Positions 1 through 11,699 of a stretch of DNA of 64,000 nucleotides are shown here, one piece after another. The stretch is from positions 434,001-498,000 of the forward strand of contig JAIVFI010000006.1 in assembly GCA_025558095.1 (NCBI GenBank). Direction: 5' to 3'. Made by a program: the position numbers and the translations under genes. Below the pieces are notes generated by a model that worked only from the letters and a program-made list of their open reading frames with translations, did not search any database and was not told the DNA's origin. Within the stretch, counting starts at the first letter, position 1; each line of letters begins with the position of its first letter. This DNA comes from Hyaloraphidium curvatum SAG 235-1 (taxonomy: Eukaryota; Fungi; Monoblepharomycota).

Positions 1-536
1 GTGGACCGTGAGCAATTGTCGGTCAAACTTGTACTGCGGGAGAAGCATTAGCGGCTGTTTCCGGCGGCAGGGAGCTGATCGACAGCAGAGGCAGAGAGCG
101 AGGCCAGGCCGAAGATTGCCCGCGGCCGGCGCCCAGGTCCTCAACCTCGGAGGCCCGAGTCTCCGCCACCACCACCGTCCCCCTTTGCCTGCCCCGACCA
201 CCACATCGCGCCAAACCACCTGCTGACACCCACGTTGAACGTTGCCGCACACCAGTAGAAGAAGCTGGGCACCAGGATGCCCCCGATGAGGCCGTATCGG
301 AGCGTCCGCGGCGTCACTTTGAAGTTGCGCAGCGTGTTCTCCCGCATGTACGCCCATTTCTCGATTGCCGGGTCCTAATAGACAACGGGGCGTGAGAAGG
401 TCCAGATGGAGCCGGTTGGTGGGAGCGTATCGGCGTCCGATACCGTCGGTTGCCATCGGGGTCAGCGAGGTCTCGGGGCTGCCATCGCGCCCGCGAGACT
501 TGCCTTGCGGACCTCGTTCAGGAAATGGCGTGCCAT
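1..536 (-). CDS. NDUFB4: NADH:ubiquinone oxidoreductase subunit B4/B15 (3' end uncertain, may run off the window)
   Basis: Exon 536-504 (MARHFLNEVRK), GC-AG intron 503-375, exon 374-234 (DPAIEKWAYMRENTLRNFKVTPRTLRYGLIGGILVPSFFYW). Matches the fungal NDUFB4 DPAxExW..MREN...F..TPRT pattern plus a TM helix. Confidence 0.75.
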
Positions 537-1017
537 CGCTCTAACGCCGCAATTGGTCGCCAAAAGCGGCGCAGGATGGCCCGGGTGACCGCTGCAGCCG
601 CGCGGTCTGTGGTGTTGCCGTCGAGAGGGCGCTCTCGTCGCTGGCGCCGTAGCATTCTCCTCCCTGCCCGATCACACCTTCGCGTCTGTTTATGCTCCAA
701 TGCTGCGACCTAACATGGTTCCTTTTCCTAAGTTGCTGCAGCGTCTTTGGCAACGAGGCCCGTGGGCCGCAGATGCAGGGGGAACGTTGGTCTATCTGAA
801 GACGACAGGCCGGAGGAGATGAAGGGAAACAAGAGATGGCATGAATCGTGCCTGTTCTTACTTCTTTCAACGGCCAATACTCTGCTCGAGTGCGGAGAAA
901 AGCGAAGGTGATCACCTCGCGATGATCTTTGCTCTTCCCTCCCTTTGCCGTCGAATTCCGTGACGCCCTCGTCACGTCCGAAGCGGCCGGCAGGACATCC
1001 TCCAGTCGCTCCGCGCG

Positions 1018-4000
1018 ATGCTCGGCCAGGAGTCTCTCTCGGAGCGGGAGAGGCTTCGGAAGGAGCTCAAGGCTTGGGAGCGTTCGTTCAGGGCAGACCA
1101 CGGCCGCCAACCCGAGCCCTCGGATCTGAAGGAGCTACCCGCCATCAGTGGGCCCCGAGACGATGTGTGATTGCGCCTAGTCGTCTCACTTACGGCCATC
1201 GCAGAGCGAAAGTACCAAGAGTACGAGCGTCTGAAGAAGGCGGAGAAGGAGCGGGCCGAACGCCCCACTGCCTCTCGGCCGTCTCCCGCTCAGGCCCGGG
1301 CTGCTACGAGCGACGATGACGCTGGCAAGGGGCGCGACGAAGACGAGAACAGCGTTCCCGATTCGCCTCCCCATCATCAGCAGGAGAACCCCACTTCCTC
1401 GCGGTCGGCATCGCTGACGGAAAGGACCCCTTGGCTCAAGAGCCGACCTTCGGCGGGACTTCGGGGTCATTCGCTCGGCGATGAGGCGGACGGAGATGTC
1501 GTCGAGCCTACACCGGGCGTGCGTAGGAGAAGATCTTCCATTTTCGCTGCGAGGCAAGCCCAGGGAGGATCGGCCAGCCGTGGCGCCTTCGGAACCCACG
1601 TGAACAAAAAGGAAACTAGAAGCGGAGCTTCGCGAGGCAAAAGGGGAGGCATTGAGATCGCCGAAGAGGACCACGAGGATGGCGCGGATTCCCTGCAGCC
1701 GCCCAGCATTCGTCCGGCGAGCCAGGAACGCCGTACACCCCTCGCGGAAATGGAAGTCCCGGCGATGCCGGTCGAGGCTCAGGACGCCATGGCAGTCGAT
1801 TCGCATGCGCACGAAGAGATCAAGTGCGTTTCCTAGCTAGCCCGGAGGCGGAAGCCTGACTCATGATTCCCATCCAGTCTTCCCGAACAGTCGCTGGATG
1901 AGTTCAGCCTATATCCTTTGGAACAAGCTCTGGACGATGAGCCTCAAGAGCGCGGTCTCTCGGTGTATGATTCCAGCACCTGGTACGACGATCCGGACGA
2001 CTTTTCGGTGCCAGTGCCTGGTCAGAACGCCTTCAACGTCAAGACGAAGACGAAGCGTCGCAGCCGGGGCCAAGTGCCTACGGACGAGGCCCGCTTTGGG
2101 CGTCAACCGGAGTGGCCCGCTGGAGAAGACAGCGACGTATACTCCATCGATGCCGTCGATTCCGGTGCGGAGAACGCGGTCCTCACGCATGAGGCAATGG
2201 ACTACCACGTCGAGGTCGAAGGATCGGACAAGGAGAACGTCCCCTCCGACGACGGCTCTGTACGGAAGAAGCGCGCAGAGGCTCGGAAGGCTGCGAAACC
2301 GCAGCAATCCAGGGGCCGCAAGCGAAGGGCGCCGGTCGACGAGGATGCAGAGGATGCGCCAGCGCCGCGGAACGTGGAAGCAGCGGAGGAGATGGACGCA
2401 AAGTCCGAGGACGACGCATCACTTGGGCAATCTTCGGCATCGGATGGGGTTGGGTGTTCCCGCTTTTGCGCCATGGCGCCGGCTAGAACCCTTGTTTCAG
2501 GACGGCGATTCGGAAAGCTCGCAGGAGGTCTACGCAAGTCGCAAGAAGGCAGCAGCACGACGGAAAGCGAAGGTCAAGGGCGGCGGAAACGGTGCGTTTT
2601 AAGCTGCATGTGTTGCTTTGCGCTACTGACGATTGATAAGCAGCACGGAAAGGGCCCGCCAAGCAAAAGGAGCCCGATGATGCCGTCAAGAGGAAGAGAG
2701 GAACCAAGAACACCGAAGTTGCCCAGTCTGGGCAGGCGGGAGCGGCCAAGAAGCCTCGAACGAAAGGTAGGCTTTTGCCATTGATGGAGGCAGTGTACAG
2801 CCTCATTGACTGCAACCACCAGCAGGCCAGACGTCGAACCGCGTGTCGAACAACTTTGTTGCCATGAAAATCAACAAACGAGGGAACCTGGGCAAATACG
2901 GCAAGGCCATGGCGCGGCGCGGGGGCAACAAGTTTGCCAAGATTACTTCCGTCGGCGCGAGCTACTCCACCAACTTCGAAACGGAAAGGAGGAAGAACGG
3001 CCGCCGTGGTCCTGCCGCGGACGAAGGCTTCGGAGGCTTCGCAGGTCTCAACGTGGACGACCTCGATTTCCAGTTCGATCCCAAGGAAGTCGACGTCCCG
3101 GAAGTTGCGCATGCAAGGACCACACGGGGAGCACCGACTTTCATGGCCCAAGAGCTGGCCGATGATCATAGGTGGACGAGCTTCTGGGTCCGATGGCGAT
3201 CTTTGCTGAAGCACGCCAACAGCGTCGCAGCGGTTGCACGGATCCTGTGCGGTCCGAAGTCGGGCTTGGCTGTGGATGAAACTGACATGGCCGTCGACGA
3301 AAATGATTCGTCCGGTGCTTTGGTGGACCTGAACAAAGCTCTTTTGGAAAGCGGTATGGCGGCTGAGTATCGGGAGGGACAGGTGGAGGCTCTTGCGAGC
3401 GTGCTTTCGGCAACTTCCACCCTGGTCGTCATGCCGACAGGTGCTCGTCGTTGGCTGTTCATTGCTGGCACGTCTTCTGACTGTGCATTCTCAGGGAGCG
3501 GCAAATCGCTGCTGTACCAGCTCCCTGCCTACATCCTCTCGCGGCTACCCACCTCGGGTCCCTGCATCACGCTCGTCATTTCGCCCACAATATCGCTCAT
3601 GGAGGATCAGGTCCGCAACCTTCCTTCTTGCCTTCGCGGTGCTTGCATCAGCAGCCAGGTATGAGTGCGCAATGGACTAAGCTCCCCTTGTTCACGGTGT
3701 CCTTGCAGCGCGATAACATCCAAGAGGTCGTCCAGGAGCTTTGTGCTGGCAACGTCGACATCCTTTTCGTCACCCCGGAGAGGTTGCAGTCTCAAACATT
3801 CGTCAACTTCCTGACTTCCGGTCAATGCCCACCGGTGAAGCTGGCTTGCATCGATGAGGCGCATTGCCTGAGCGAATGGTCGCACAATTTCCGGTGCGTT
3901 CGATCGGATGGTTGCCAAGCTTCCCTCACCGGCCTATCTCGCAGCCCGGCGTTCCTGCATCTGGATCGGGCTCTGCGGGAGAAACTTGACGTGCCCGTCA

Positions 4001-5967
4001 TCCTCGCCCTGACCGGCACTGCTACAAAGGAGGCTCGCCGTGACATTTGCAAGATGCTGAAACTGTCGCGCACGATCGATCACTCCGCTGTGCGACCCAA
4101 TCTCCGCCTTTCCGTCTCGCGTGAGGATGACAGGTCAGTCAAGACGCATGTCGCCTATCGGCTGGCCGAGGGCTTACAGAATCATTGCACACCGCCAGGG
4201 ACGTCGCCATCTTCAACTTGCTGCGTTCTCACCCATGGAAGGACATGAATTCCGTCATCATCTACTGCATGCGCCGGGACCAGTGCGATTCTTTGGCTTC
4301 CTACCTCCGTGCCCGCAACTTCCAGGCGGACAGCTATCACGCAGGCCGAACTCCCGACGAACGTCACATCATCCAGAGCAGTTTCTTTACCGGCAGGATC
4401 AAGATCCTCGTGGCCACAGTGGCGTATGGCATGGGCATCAACAAGTCGGACATCCGTGGCATCATCCACCACAGCCTGCCAAAGAGCCTGGAGAACTACG
4501 TCCAGGAGATTGGCCGTGCCGGGCGCGACGGTCTCCCAGCCAGCTGCCACCTTTTCCTCAGCCGAGAGGACTACGTCAAGCTTCGCAGCTTTGCCTTCTC
4601 AGACGCGCCGTACAAGGCTGCGGTTGAAAGCCTGGTGGAGGCAGCGTTTGGCGACAGACGGCCCCGCGGCAAGGGCAAGGGCAAGCAGCTCTCCGGGACG
4701 TCAAGCGACGGACGCAAGGTGGCGATCTCAGTCGAAACGATCGAGAACGAGATGGACTTGAAGAAGGAAGTCGCCGCGACCCTGCTGACGTACATGGAGC
4801 TCCAGCGGCCCGATCTCGTCCGCGTGATGCCCAGTGAGCCCGCGTCTGGCTCATATCCTATGCGAACGATGAACTGACGCAAAACCGCCTCAGTCGGCCA
4901 TGCTCGGTGCACCGTCCGGTTCCTCAAAACCTCGAAGGAAGAACTTGCGGAGCGGGACGAAATCGTCTCGTCCATCCTTCGCAACGTGGATGACGTCGAC
5001 AGCTCACAGCCTATGGTCTTCGATGTCCTCGACGTAAGTCCCAATACCCCGCTCCTTTTCAACCGCTTTAGCCATTTCCACAGGTTTGCCAGGATCTAGG
5101 CATTGGCGTCTCGGATCTTCGGGCAAAGCTGCGATCGCTCAAGGTGCTGCGACTTGCTGGCAACTTGCGAAGCCAGCTAACGGTCCCGCAGTCGCAGAAA
5201 GAGCTTGCCTTCGAATTTGTCAAGGATGCTTTCCTGCTCCAGGTGCAAACCCCGTCGGACGCAGACAAGCAGGCCCTAGTTGCCGAACTTTGCGCCGAAG
5301 TGGTCCGCCTGGAGAAGATCCGGGTCCAGAAGGTCGACGACATCTACCAGGCGCTCCTTCCTGTCGCCTTCAGCACTTTCGCGGACAGCGCGCTCAGGGA
5401 ACCCGGGGACGAGGACGAGGACGAGGACGAAGCGCTGACAGCGGAAGGCGCCGACAGCAGCGAAACGCTCAAGCAGGCCCTGCATGATTACTTCTCTTCT
5501 GGAGCGGGCGACGAGAGTCCCCAGAACCCGAAGCAGGTTTCGCGTTGGGGCTTCGTGGATCCAATGCTGGTGGAGAGGCAGAAGCAGGAGTGAGAATAGC
5601 GCTCGACATGTCCTATCCACGCCAACGGCCCCTTTTCAGGTACGCGGACATGAACACAAACATCAGGGTCTTCATCTGGAGGAAGAGCGGCAAGTTCCCT
5701 TCGGGACGGGTCGTCGCTCGAATCCTGCATGGGTTGGAAAGCCCGAAGTACCGTGCAGCCGATTGGTTGGTGGAATCCATGTTTTGCGGGCGCGTCCTTA
5801 TCCCTGTGGCTTGTAGGTCGCACGAACAGCTTTGGGGCAAGGGAAAGCACTTCAACTTCCGCGAACTCGAGCGGATGGCGGAGGATTCGCTGAAGCGGTT
5901 CAGCGAATCCCAGGGAAAGAGCAAATCCAAGGCGGATGCGGAGTCGGATTCGGATTCGGAACAATGA
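1018..5967 (+). CDS. RECQL4: RecQ4-family DNA helicase with N-terminal Sld2/Drc1 domain (multi-exon)
   Basis: N-terminus [21 protein letters not shown]...[10 protein letters not shown] (Sld2-like); SNNFVAMKI; motif I MPTG|[11 protein letters not shown]; [16 protein letters not shown]; [15 protein letters not shown]; [12 protein letters not shown]; C-terminal [15 protein letters not shown]. About 11 short GT-AG introns. Confidence 0.92.
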
Positions 5968-6057
5968 CATGTCATTTCGTTACTGCTACAAAAAGCACGC
6001 GAACAAATGCTCGAAAACGGCCGTGTCCCAGGAAAATCCGCACAATGCCACAATAAA

Positions 6058-7995
6058 TCAGCTGCCCTCCTTCACCGCCGCTTCAAGCGGCCCCTTGCCC
6101 TGAGCTGCCATCAACGCCCTCGCAGCTGCTTCGCGCGCAAGGTCCTTCTGTCGCTGCTGCACGGCCATCGCTGCCTCCTGCTGCTGCCTCTGCTTAAGTG
6201 GGCGCACGGGAAGCGGGTGATGGAGCAGCGGCTGCTCGACGCTCCCCGCGACGCCAGGCAGCGCGTGCGGCTTCGCCGGAGGTATCGGCCCTGCGCCCTG
6301 CAGAAAGGTCTGGAACTGAATGTTGCTCTGCAGGTTGGCAGGCGGCGACTCGTTCCGGAAGTTGTCGTCCGAGGGTATCACGATGTGCATGGAAGGACCG
6401 GCAGGCCCTTGCCCCGCACTTGCCGTACGCTGAGCGTGTCCGTCCGCCACGTGCGGCCCGGAACTCAAGCCCGCTGCAAGAGCTGCGGCGTCCGCGCGGT
6501 CCGCTCGGCTCTGGTAAATGTGGGCGAGCCGCTCCTCCTCGGCCTGCAGCTTTGAAACCTTGGTCCGCAGCCTCTGGAGGTACTCAACAGCTTTGAAGAG
6601 GATGACCGACTTGCTGCTGCCGATTCCGGTGCCCGAATTGGGCTGGCTTCGCAGAGCGGGTATAGACTGGCACAGGTTCGAGAAGCCGACGCGAATGGCG
6701 TCCCGCCGGCGCTGCTCCGAGAGAATGTGGTTCTGCCGCTTCTGGTCCTCGGTCAGCGGTTCCCGCTTGCCCCCTCGGGGGCGTTGCTGGGCGCGGCCCT
6801 TGCCGCGCTTGGCCGGCGGTTCGTCGTCTTCGGATTCCTCCTCCTCTTCTTCTTCCTCTTCCGGCTCCGAAGATGGTGGCCGCCGTGACCTCTTTGCCGG
6901 GGTGCGCTTGGGTGCAGCTTCCGAGGCGGCTGACTTGCGCTTGTTGCCCCGCGCCGTTTGTTCAGGCGCTGCAGCTGCAATCTCCAAAGTAACGGGGGTT
7001 GGCAGCTGTTGCGGCACCATTGCCGGAGGCTGGGGCGATGGTGCAAAGTCCTGTAGGCCATTCGGCTGTTGGCCAAGTCCGTAGCTCCCCAAAGCAGCAG
7101 GCTCCTGCTTCACGGCGACCGAAGTCGAAGGCGCACGCCGCCGAGTCCTGGCGTCCTGGATCTGCGCCTCCAATGCAGCAGCTGCGCTGGCTTCTGCCGC
7201 AAAAGACACCCCCTGTAGTCCATCATGAAAGCCGGGCGTCGAGCGCCCAACCGAAGTACCGGCGCCAGAGAGCACCATAGGCACCGACTGCGTGGCTTGA
7301 GGCTGCATGACAGAAGGCGTGATGTTCCACGGCGGTTGCGGCAGGCCGGCCTGCTGCGGCAGCATGGAAAAGAGCTGCTGGCCCGGCTGGCCCATCAGGA
7401 CCTGCTGCTGCTGGACGAGCTGCTGGGCGCCGAGCTGCGGCGTGAGTTGCGGCGTGAGCTGCGGGGTAAGCTGGCGTCCGAGCTGCTGCCCGAGCTGCTG
7501 CCCGAACTGCTGCCCGAACTGCTGTCCGAGCTGCTGCCCGAACTGGTGCCCAAACTGTTGCCCAAGCTGCGGCTGCCCGCCGAGCGAAAGGGCGGCCGCC
7601 TGATCACCATACGGGTCCGGTATGATGACATACTGCTGTCCGTTTATGACCATTTGTCGGAGCTGGTCCGCGCTCTCGGGCCGCGGCGCGATGAGGCCGT
7701 GCGAGGCCAGCGGTGTGCGTGACGGCTCCGGCAGCGGCGACAGCGGGTCGGGCAGCACGCCGAAAGGCGGCTCCGGCAAGGTAGAATTGTGCAGAATCGA
7801 GTCCAAGAACTGCTGGAGATACGCGTTCTCGTCCGCCGAGAACACCGAGTGGTCGGGCGGCAGCAAGTTCTCGTCAAAGAGCACCGGCGCTGGCGGTGGT
7901 AAGGGGGGTGACCCGCCCGCGAAGAGCTGCGTGAGAGCGTCCAGCTCGTTGCTGGCGCGGAGGCCGCCGGCATCGGGCCCGTGCGGCCTTTGCAT
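6058..7995 (-). CDS. bHLH-ZIP transcription factor (INO4/Mlx-like) with Q/P-rich N-terminus
   Basis: LTEDQKRQNHILSEQRRRDAIRVGFSNLCQSIPAL...SKSVILFKAVEYLQRLRTKVSKL; first ATG (MQRPHG) at ~7995. Confidence 0.85.
   Translation of the reverse strand: MQRPHGPDAGGLRASNELDALTQLFAGGSPPLPPPAPVLFDENLLPPDHSVFSADENAYLQQFLDSILHNSTLPEPPFGVLPDPLSPLPEPSRTPLASHGLIAPRPESADQLRQMVINGQQYVIIPDPYGDQAAALSLGGQPQLGQQFGHQFGQQLGQQFGQQFGQQLGQQLGRQLTPQLTPQLTPQLGAQQLVQQQQVLMGQPGQQLFSMLPQQAGLPQPPWNITPSVMQPQATQSVPMVLSGAGTSVGRSTPGFHDGLQGVSFAAEASAAAALEAQIQDARTRRRAPSTSVAVKQEPAALGSYGLGQQPNGLQDFAPSPQPPAMVPQQLPTPVTLEIAAAAPEQTARGNKRKSAASEAAPKRTPAKRSRRPPSSEPEEEEEEEEESEDDEPPAKRGKGRAQQRPRGGKREPLTEDQKRQNHILSEQRRRDAIRVGFSNLCQSIPALRSQPNSGTGIGSSKSVILFKAVEYLQRLRTKVSKLQAEEERLAHIYQSRADRADAAALAAGLSSGPHVADGHAQRTASAGQGPAGPSMHIVIPSDDNFRNESPPANLQSNIQFQTFLQGAGPIPPAKPHALPGVAGSVEQPLLHHPLPVRPLKQRQQQEAAMAVQQRQKDLAREAAARALMAAQGKGPLEAAVKEGS
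7425..7570 (-). repeat. Coding 12-bp tandem repeat (GQQF/GQQL, TPQL)
   Basis: CTGCTGCCCGA(A/G) units repeated; translation GQQFGHQFGQQLGQQFGQQFGQQLGQQLGRQLTPQLTPQLTPQL. Confidence 0.85.
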
Positions 7996-8414
7996 GGTGG
8001 TCGGAATGTTCGGGACGGGAGACGTCGGCGGTGTTCCAGCAGACCGCGCTTTCACGTGAAGATGCCAGCCTCGTTCAGCCCCCGTTACTCCTGTCCTCCG
8101 TACGAAATTACTCTACGGAATCCGGGAACCGCCACCAAAACACAAAGAGGACAGCAAATTCCACGAAACAGCTTATCGCATGAGTAAACTCTCCATAAAG
8201 CACGACCACATTGCACTCACGCATTCAGCTAAAGTACCTGGTTCGTTTGTCAGGTAGGGAGGGTGGGAGGGGGGTCCGTACGAAATTACTCATTCATAAC
8301 GTACAAAGTCTCTGCGATCGAGTAGATGCTAGCGGCCCACAAGCTCCTTCTGCGGCGCCTTGCCTGTGCCAACGAGCCGGGGCATCTCTCTCCTGCGGGT
8401 CACAGGCAGTGCGA

Positions 8415-9119
8415 TCAGCCATCCGGAGCCGATCGGGCAACGTGCAGCAGCAGGTGCCCAGATACCCACCATCCAGCGGTCTCCATGTGCTGCAGCGATC
8501 GGTGGGTGTTGGACGGCACCCCCAGGAAGCGGGTCTGGAGGATCTGGAGCACGTCGCCGTGGGCCACCAACACGCACACGTTTCGCGGAGCGGCAAGGCC
8601 GGCCGCCGAGTCGGACCCGCTGTCGCCGGCCTGCGTATCGCCGGATGCCGCTTCCCGCTCGAGGTCCTCGACCAGGGACCATGCCCGGGACGCCACCTCG
8701 TCCGTCGACTCGCATCCCCAGCTGTTCAGCGTCCCGAGGTTGTCCGCGGCGTCCTCTTCCCACACGTGCGCGTAGTTGGTGTCGTCCTTGCCGTCCCACA
8801 TGCCGAAGAAGCGCTCGCACAGGCGGTCGTCAAAGACAACCGGCGGGGAGTCCGGGAACGCGGAATCGTGGATGATCCGGGACGTCGTGCGCGTCCGCAG
8901 GAAGGGCGAGGAGTACATCTGCACCGGCGTGCCCGCGGGGACCGAGGTCCGCACGTGCTCGGCGAGCGCGGCCGCGGTGGCCTCGGCCTGCTGTCTCCCG
9001 AGCTCGGTCAGGTCGTACTTCTCCTTGCCGACCTCGGGGTCGCTGCAGATCAGCTTGACATTGTTGGCTTCGCTGAAGCCGTGCCGGACGAGGATGTAGT
9101 CGTTCAGAAGGGTACGCAT
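8415..9119 (-). CDS. Histidine phosphatase / phosphoglycerate mutase-like protein
   Basis: YILVRHGFSEAN (RHG motif), LTELGRQQA, SSPFLRTRTT, DDRLCERFFG, VLVAHGDVLQ; intronless. Confidence 0.9.
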   Translation of the reverse strand: MRTLLNDYILVRHGFSEANNVKLICSDPEVGKEKYDLTELGRQQAEATAAALAEHVRTSVPAGTPVQMYSSPFLRTRTTSRIIHDSAFPDSPPVVFDDRLCERFFGMWDGKDDTNYAHVWEEDAADNLGTLNSWGCESTDEVASRAWSLVEDLEREAASGDTQAGDSGSDSAAGLAAPRNVCVLVAHGDVLQILQTRFLGVPSNTHRSLQHMETAGWWVSGHLLLHVARSAPDG

Positions 9120-9258
9120 CGCGAGTTTCGGATTCGGGGTCGAAGTGGAGGACGCCCTTCCGTCCTCTCCCCTTCGATATGTACAATTCACAATGCAGCA
9201 GATCGGCACGGCAGGCAACAGAACAGCAGCTTTCCCAAGACCCGAGTCCCCGGCGGCA

Positions 9259-9811
9259 TCATTTCCCAGGCTTGACAGCGGCCGCAACCGCCACGGCCCC
9301 GTCCTGCCCGTCTTCCGCAGCTCCAGCATCGTTGGGGTGGCCCTCGTCTTCCAGTCTCACGCCCTGCGGCCGGCTAGCGCTCCTCTTGCGGTACGCCCAC
9401 AGCCCCGCGAGCGCGAGCAACGCGGCGCCGGCCACGCTGCCTATCACGATTCCAGCAATGGCGCCCGCGGAAAGCTGCGAGCCGCTGGTCGGCTGGCAGC
9501 CGATGGGCCCGCTCGAGCCAAAACCAGGGACGCAAGTCTCACCCGGCGCACAGACCGACCAGACGGTGCCTGAAGGCGAATGAGCATTCGGAATGGTAGG
9601 TGAAGAAGCACAAGAACTACCCACCGGCTCCGTGGACACAGACGACCGTCGCGCCGTTGGGGTAGTCGCTATTGGGCAGGCAGCAGACTGCGGTCCCGTG
9701 TCCGCAGGTCGCCGGCGGCAGCAGCGGCGAGTCCGGCGGATCGGACTTCCGGCAGTAGGCATAATCGCCGGACTGCCGCGATACAAGCCGCTTCTGTCCA
9801 CGCTTTCCCAT
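9259..9811 (-). CDS. Small Cys-rich single-pass membrane protein (Mid2/Wsc-like TM); 5' end uncertain
   Basis: Cys-rich ectodomain split by an intron at ~9625-9570, then LSAGAIAGIVIGSVAGAALLALAGLWAY-RKR and an acidic tail. No signal peptide located. Confidence 0.6.
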
Positions 9812-9980
9812 TGTGACAAAGGCTGGGGCAGCACGCTCCAGTGGCGCGCAAGTCAAGTGACGCCGTCTCCGGACGACCTGTTGTGTGGTGGAGGTCGCGT
9901 TCAATTGACCTAAGTGTATGTCGTCCGACAGGTGGACGCCGTCCGGATCGTCACGTCAACAACGCCCCACTGCTGCCACG

Positions 9981-11186
9981 ATGGCCGCCCGTTTGGTCGC
10001 CCCGATGTCGCGTCTGGTCGAACGGAGCGCTTTGTGCCGAATCGCGGGGCCGCTCGCGCACGCGCCCGCGCGCAGGACCTCCCCGGGCGGCTTCGCATCC
10101 GCCCCGAAACACCGCATCTTGGGCGCCGGAACCCGCGAACGGTCGACTTGGGCCCCTTTGCCGGACAGAGAAAGCCTCTTTGGTCGCCGGCCCGGCCACC
10201 GGACGTTCCAATCGCGCCGGCAATCGACCGCCGTCGACCCCGGCGCGTCCTCAGACGGGGGTTCGGGCAGGTCCGACGGCAGCTCCTTTGCCCGGTCGCT
10301 GGTCAACCTCTTCCCAATCGTCACGTTCTGTCTGGGCGCTTGGCAGGTGTACAGGCTCCAGTGGAAGCTGGCGCTGATCGAGGACCGCGAGGGGAAGCTC
10401 CACAGCCCGGCGGTCGAGATTCCGGACGATCTCGAGTGCGTGTTCACGACGCGGTCCTCGACGTACTTGAGATGAGTCCTCTGACGCATTTTCTGCGGCA
10501 CAGTGCCTCCACCCTGGCCAAGTACGAGTTCCTGCGGGTCAAGCTCTCGGGGACCTTCCTTCACCAGCAGGAGATCCACGTCGGGCCGCGCTCGCGGGGC
10601 GACGGCGACGTCGGCTACTTCATCGTGACCCCGTTCGTCATTTCCGGCGGCCCGCGCGACGGCCAGAAGATCCTGGTCAACCGCGGCTTCGTCCCGCGCG
10701 CTCTGCGCAACGCCCCGCTGCGGCCCGAGTCGCTGCCAAAGGGCGTCGTGACGATCGAGGGGCTTGTGCGGCGCGGGGAGCAAAACTCGATGGGCCTGCT
10801 GGCCAAGGCAGACCCGGCAAAGAACATGTGGACGTGGATGGACCAGGAGACAATGACGGCGACGACCGGCGCGAGCCCGGACTTTCTCATCGAGATGGTC
10901 GAAGGTGCGTAACGCGGGCGGAGTGGTCCGAGCGGCGCGGATTCCGCCTTCTATTGCCGCGACGACGCACACGCTGACGCCCGGCCCCACGGCCCCGATC
11001 GGCGCAGGCAAGATCAACAAGCCGTTCAGGCTGCCGGAACCGCGCCCGCCGCGCGTCGACTACCGCAACAACCACCTGCAGTACGCCATCACCTGGTTCG
11101 GACTGTCTGCTGCGTCGGCGGCTATGCTCGTGGCGGGGCGGGGGCGCGGGGGCTCGCTGCGGCGGCGGTCGCTGCCGATGCGGTGA
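9981..11186 (+). CDS. SHY1: SURF1/Shy1 cytochrome c oxidase assembly factor
   Basis: PIVTFCLGAWQVYRLQWKLALI; ILVNRGFVP; RNNHLQYAITWFGLS; Arg-rich mitochondrial-type leader; 2 introns. Confidence 0.93.
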
Positions 11187-11699
11187 TGGGTGGGGCTGCG
11201 CACGGAGGGAGAGCTTCGGGCCCGCGCTGATCGGCGAGCGAATAGAGATGGCCGGCAGCCCATCGGCGCTCAGACTGTCTCAAAAGGGGTCCAGTTGTAT
11301 AGGGGTACTCGGTACTCACCAGCCGACCAATTATCCCGATTGGGGTCTCGCCTCGCCACGGACAAAAAGGCGGCCTCCGCCCCGTCGGTTCTCCATCATC
11401 ACCCGGGCCAAACACCTGTGAGTACCGCGCCGCCGGCGCACAGCGCATCGCGCGGTGGCGATGGCGACGGCGAGACGACGGCGACGGCGGCGAGGCGGGA
11501 CGCAGCGCAGCACCCGTCGGCGCGAGGGCACGGCGCCGTTGCGTTGAACCCGCGAGCCCCGGCCGCCCCCGCCCGCCGCCGCCACCTCGCCTCGCCCGCA
11601 TCGCACTTGTTTTATCTCGAACTATGCTGACCGCCGCCCCGCCGCCGCCCGCCCCGCCTCCGATCGGCCGCCGCCACCCGCACCCCCAGCGCGACCGCG

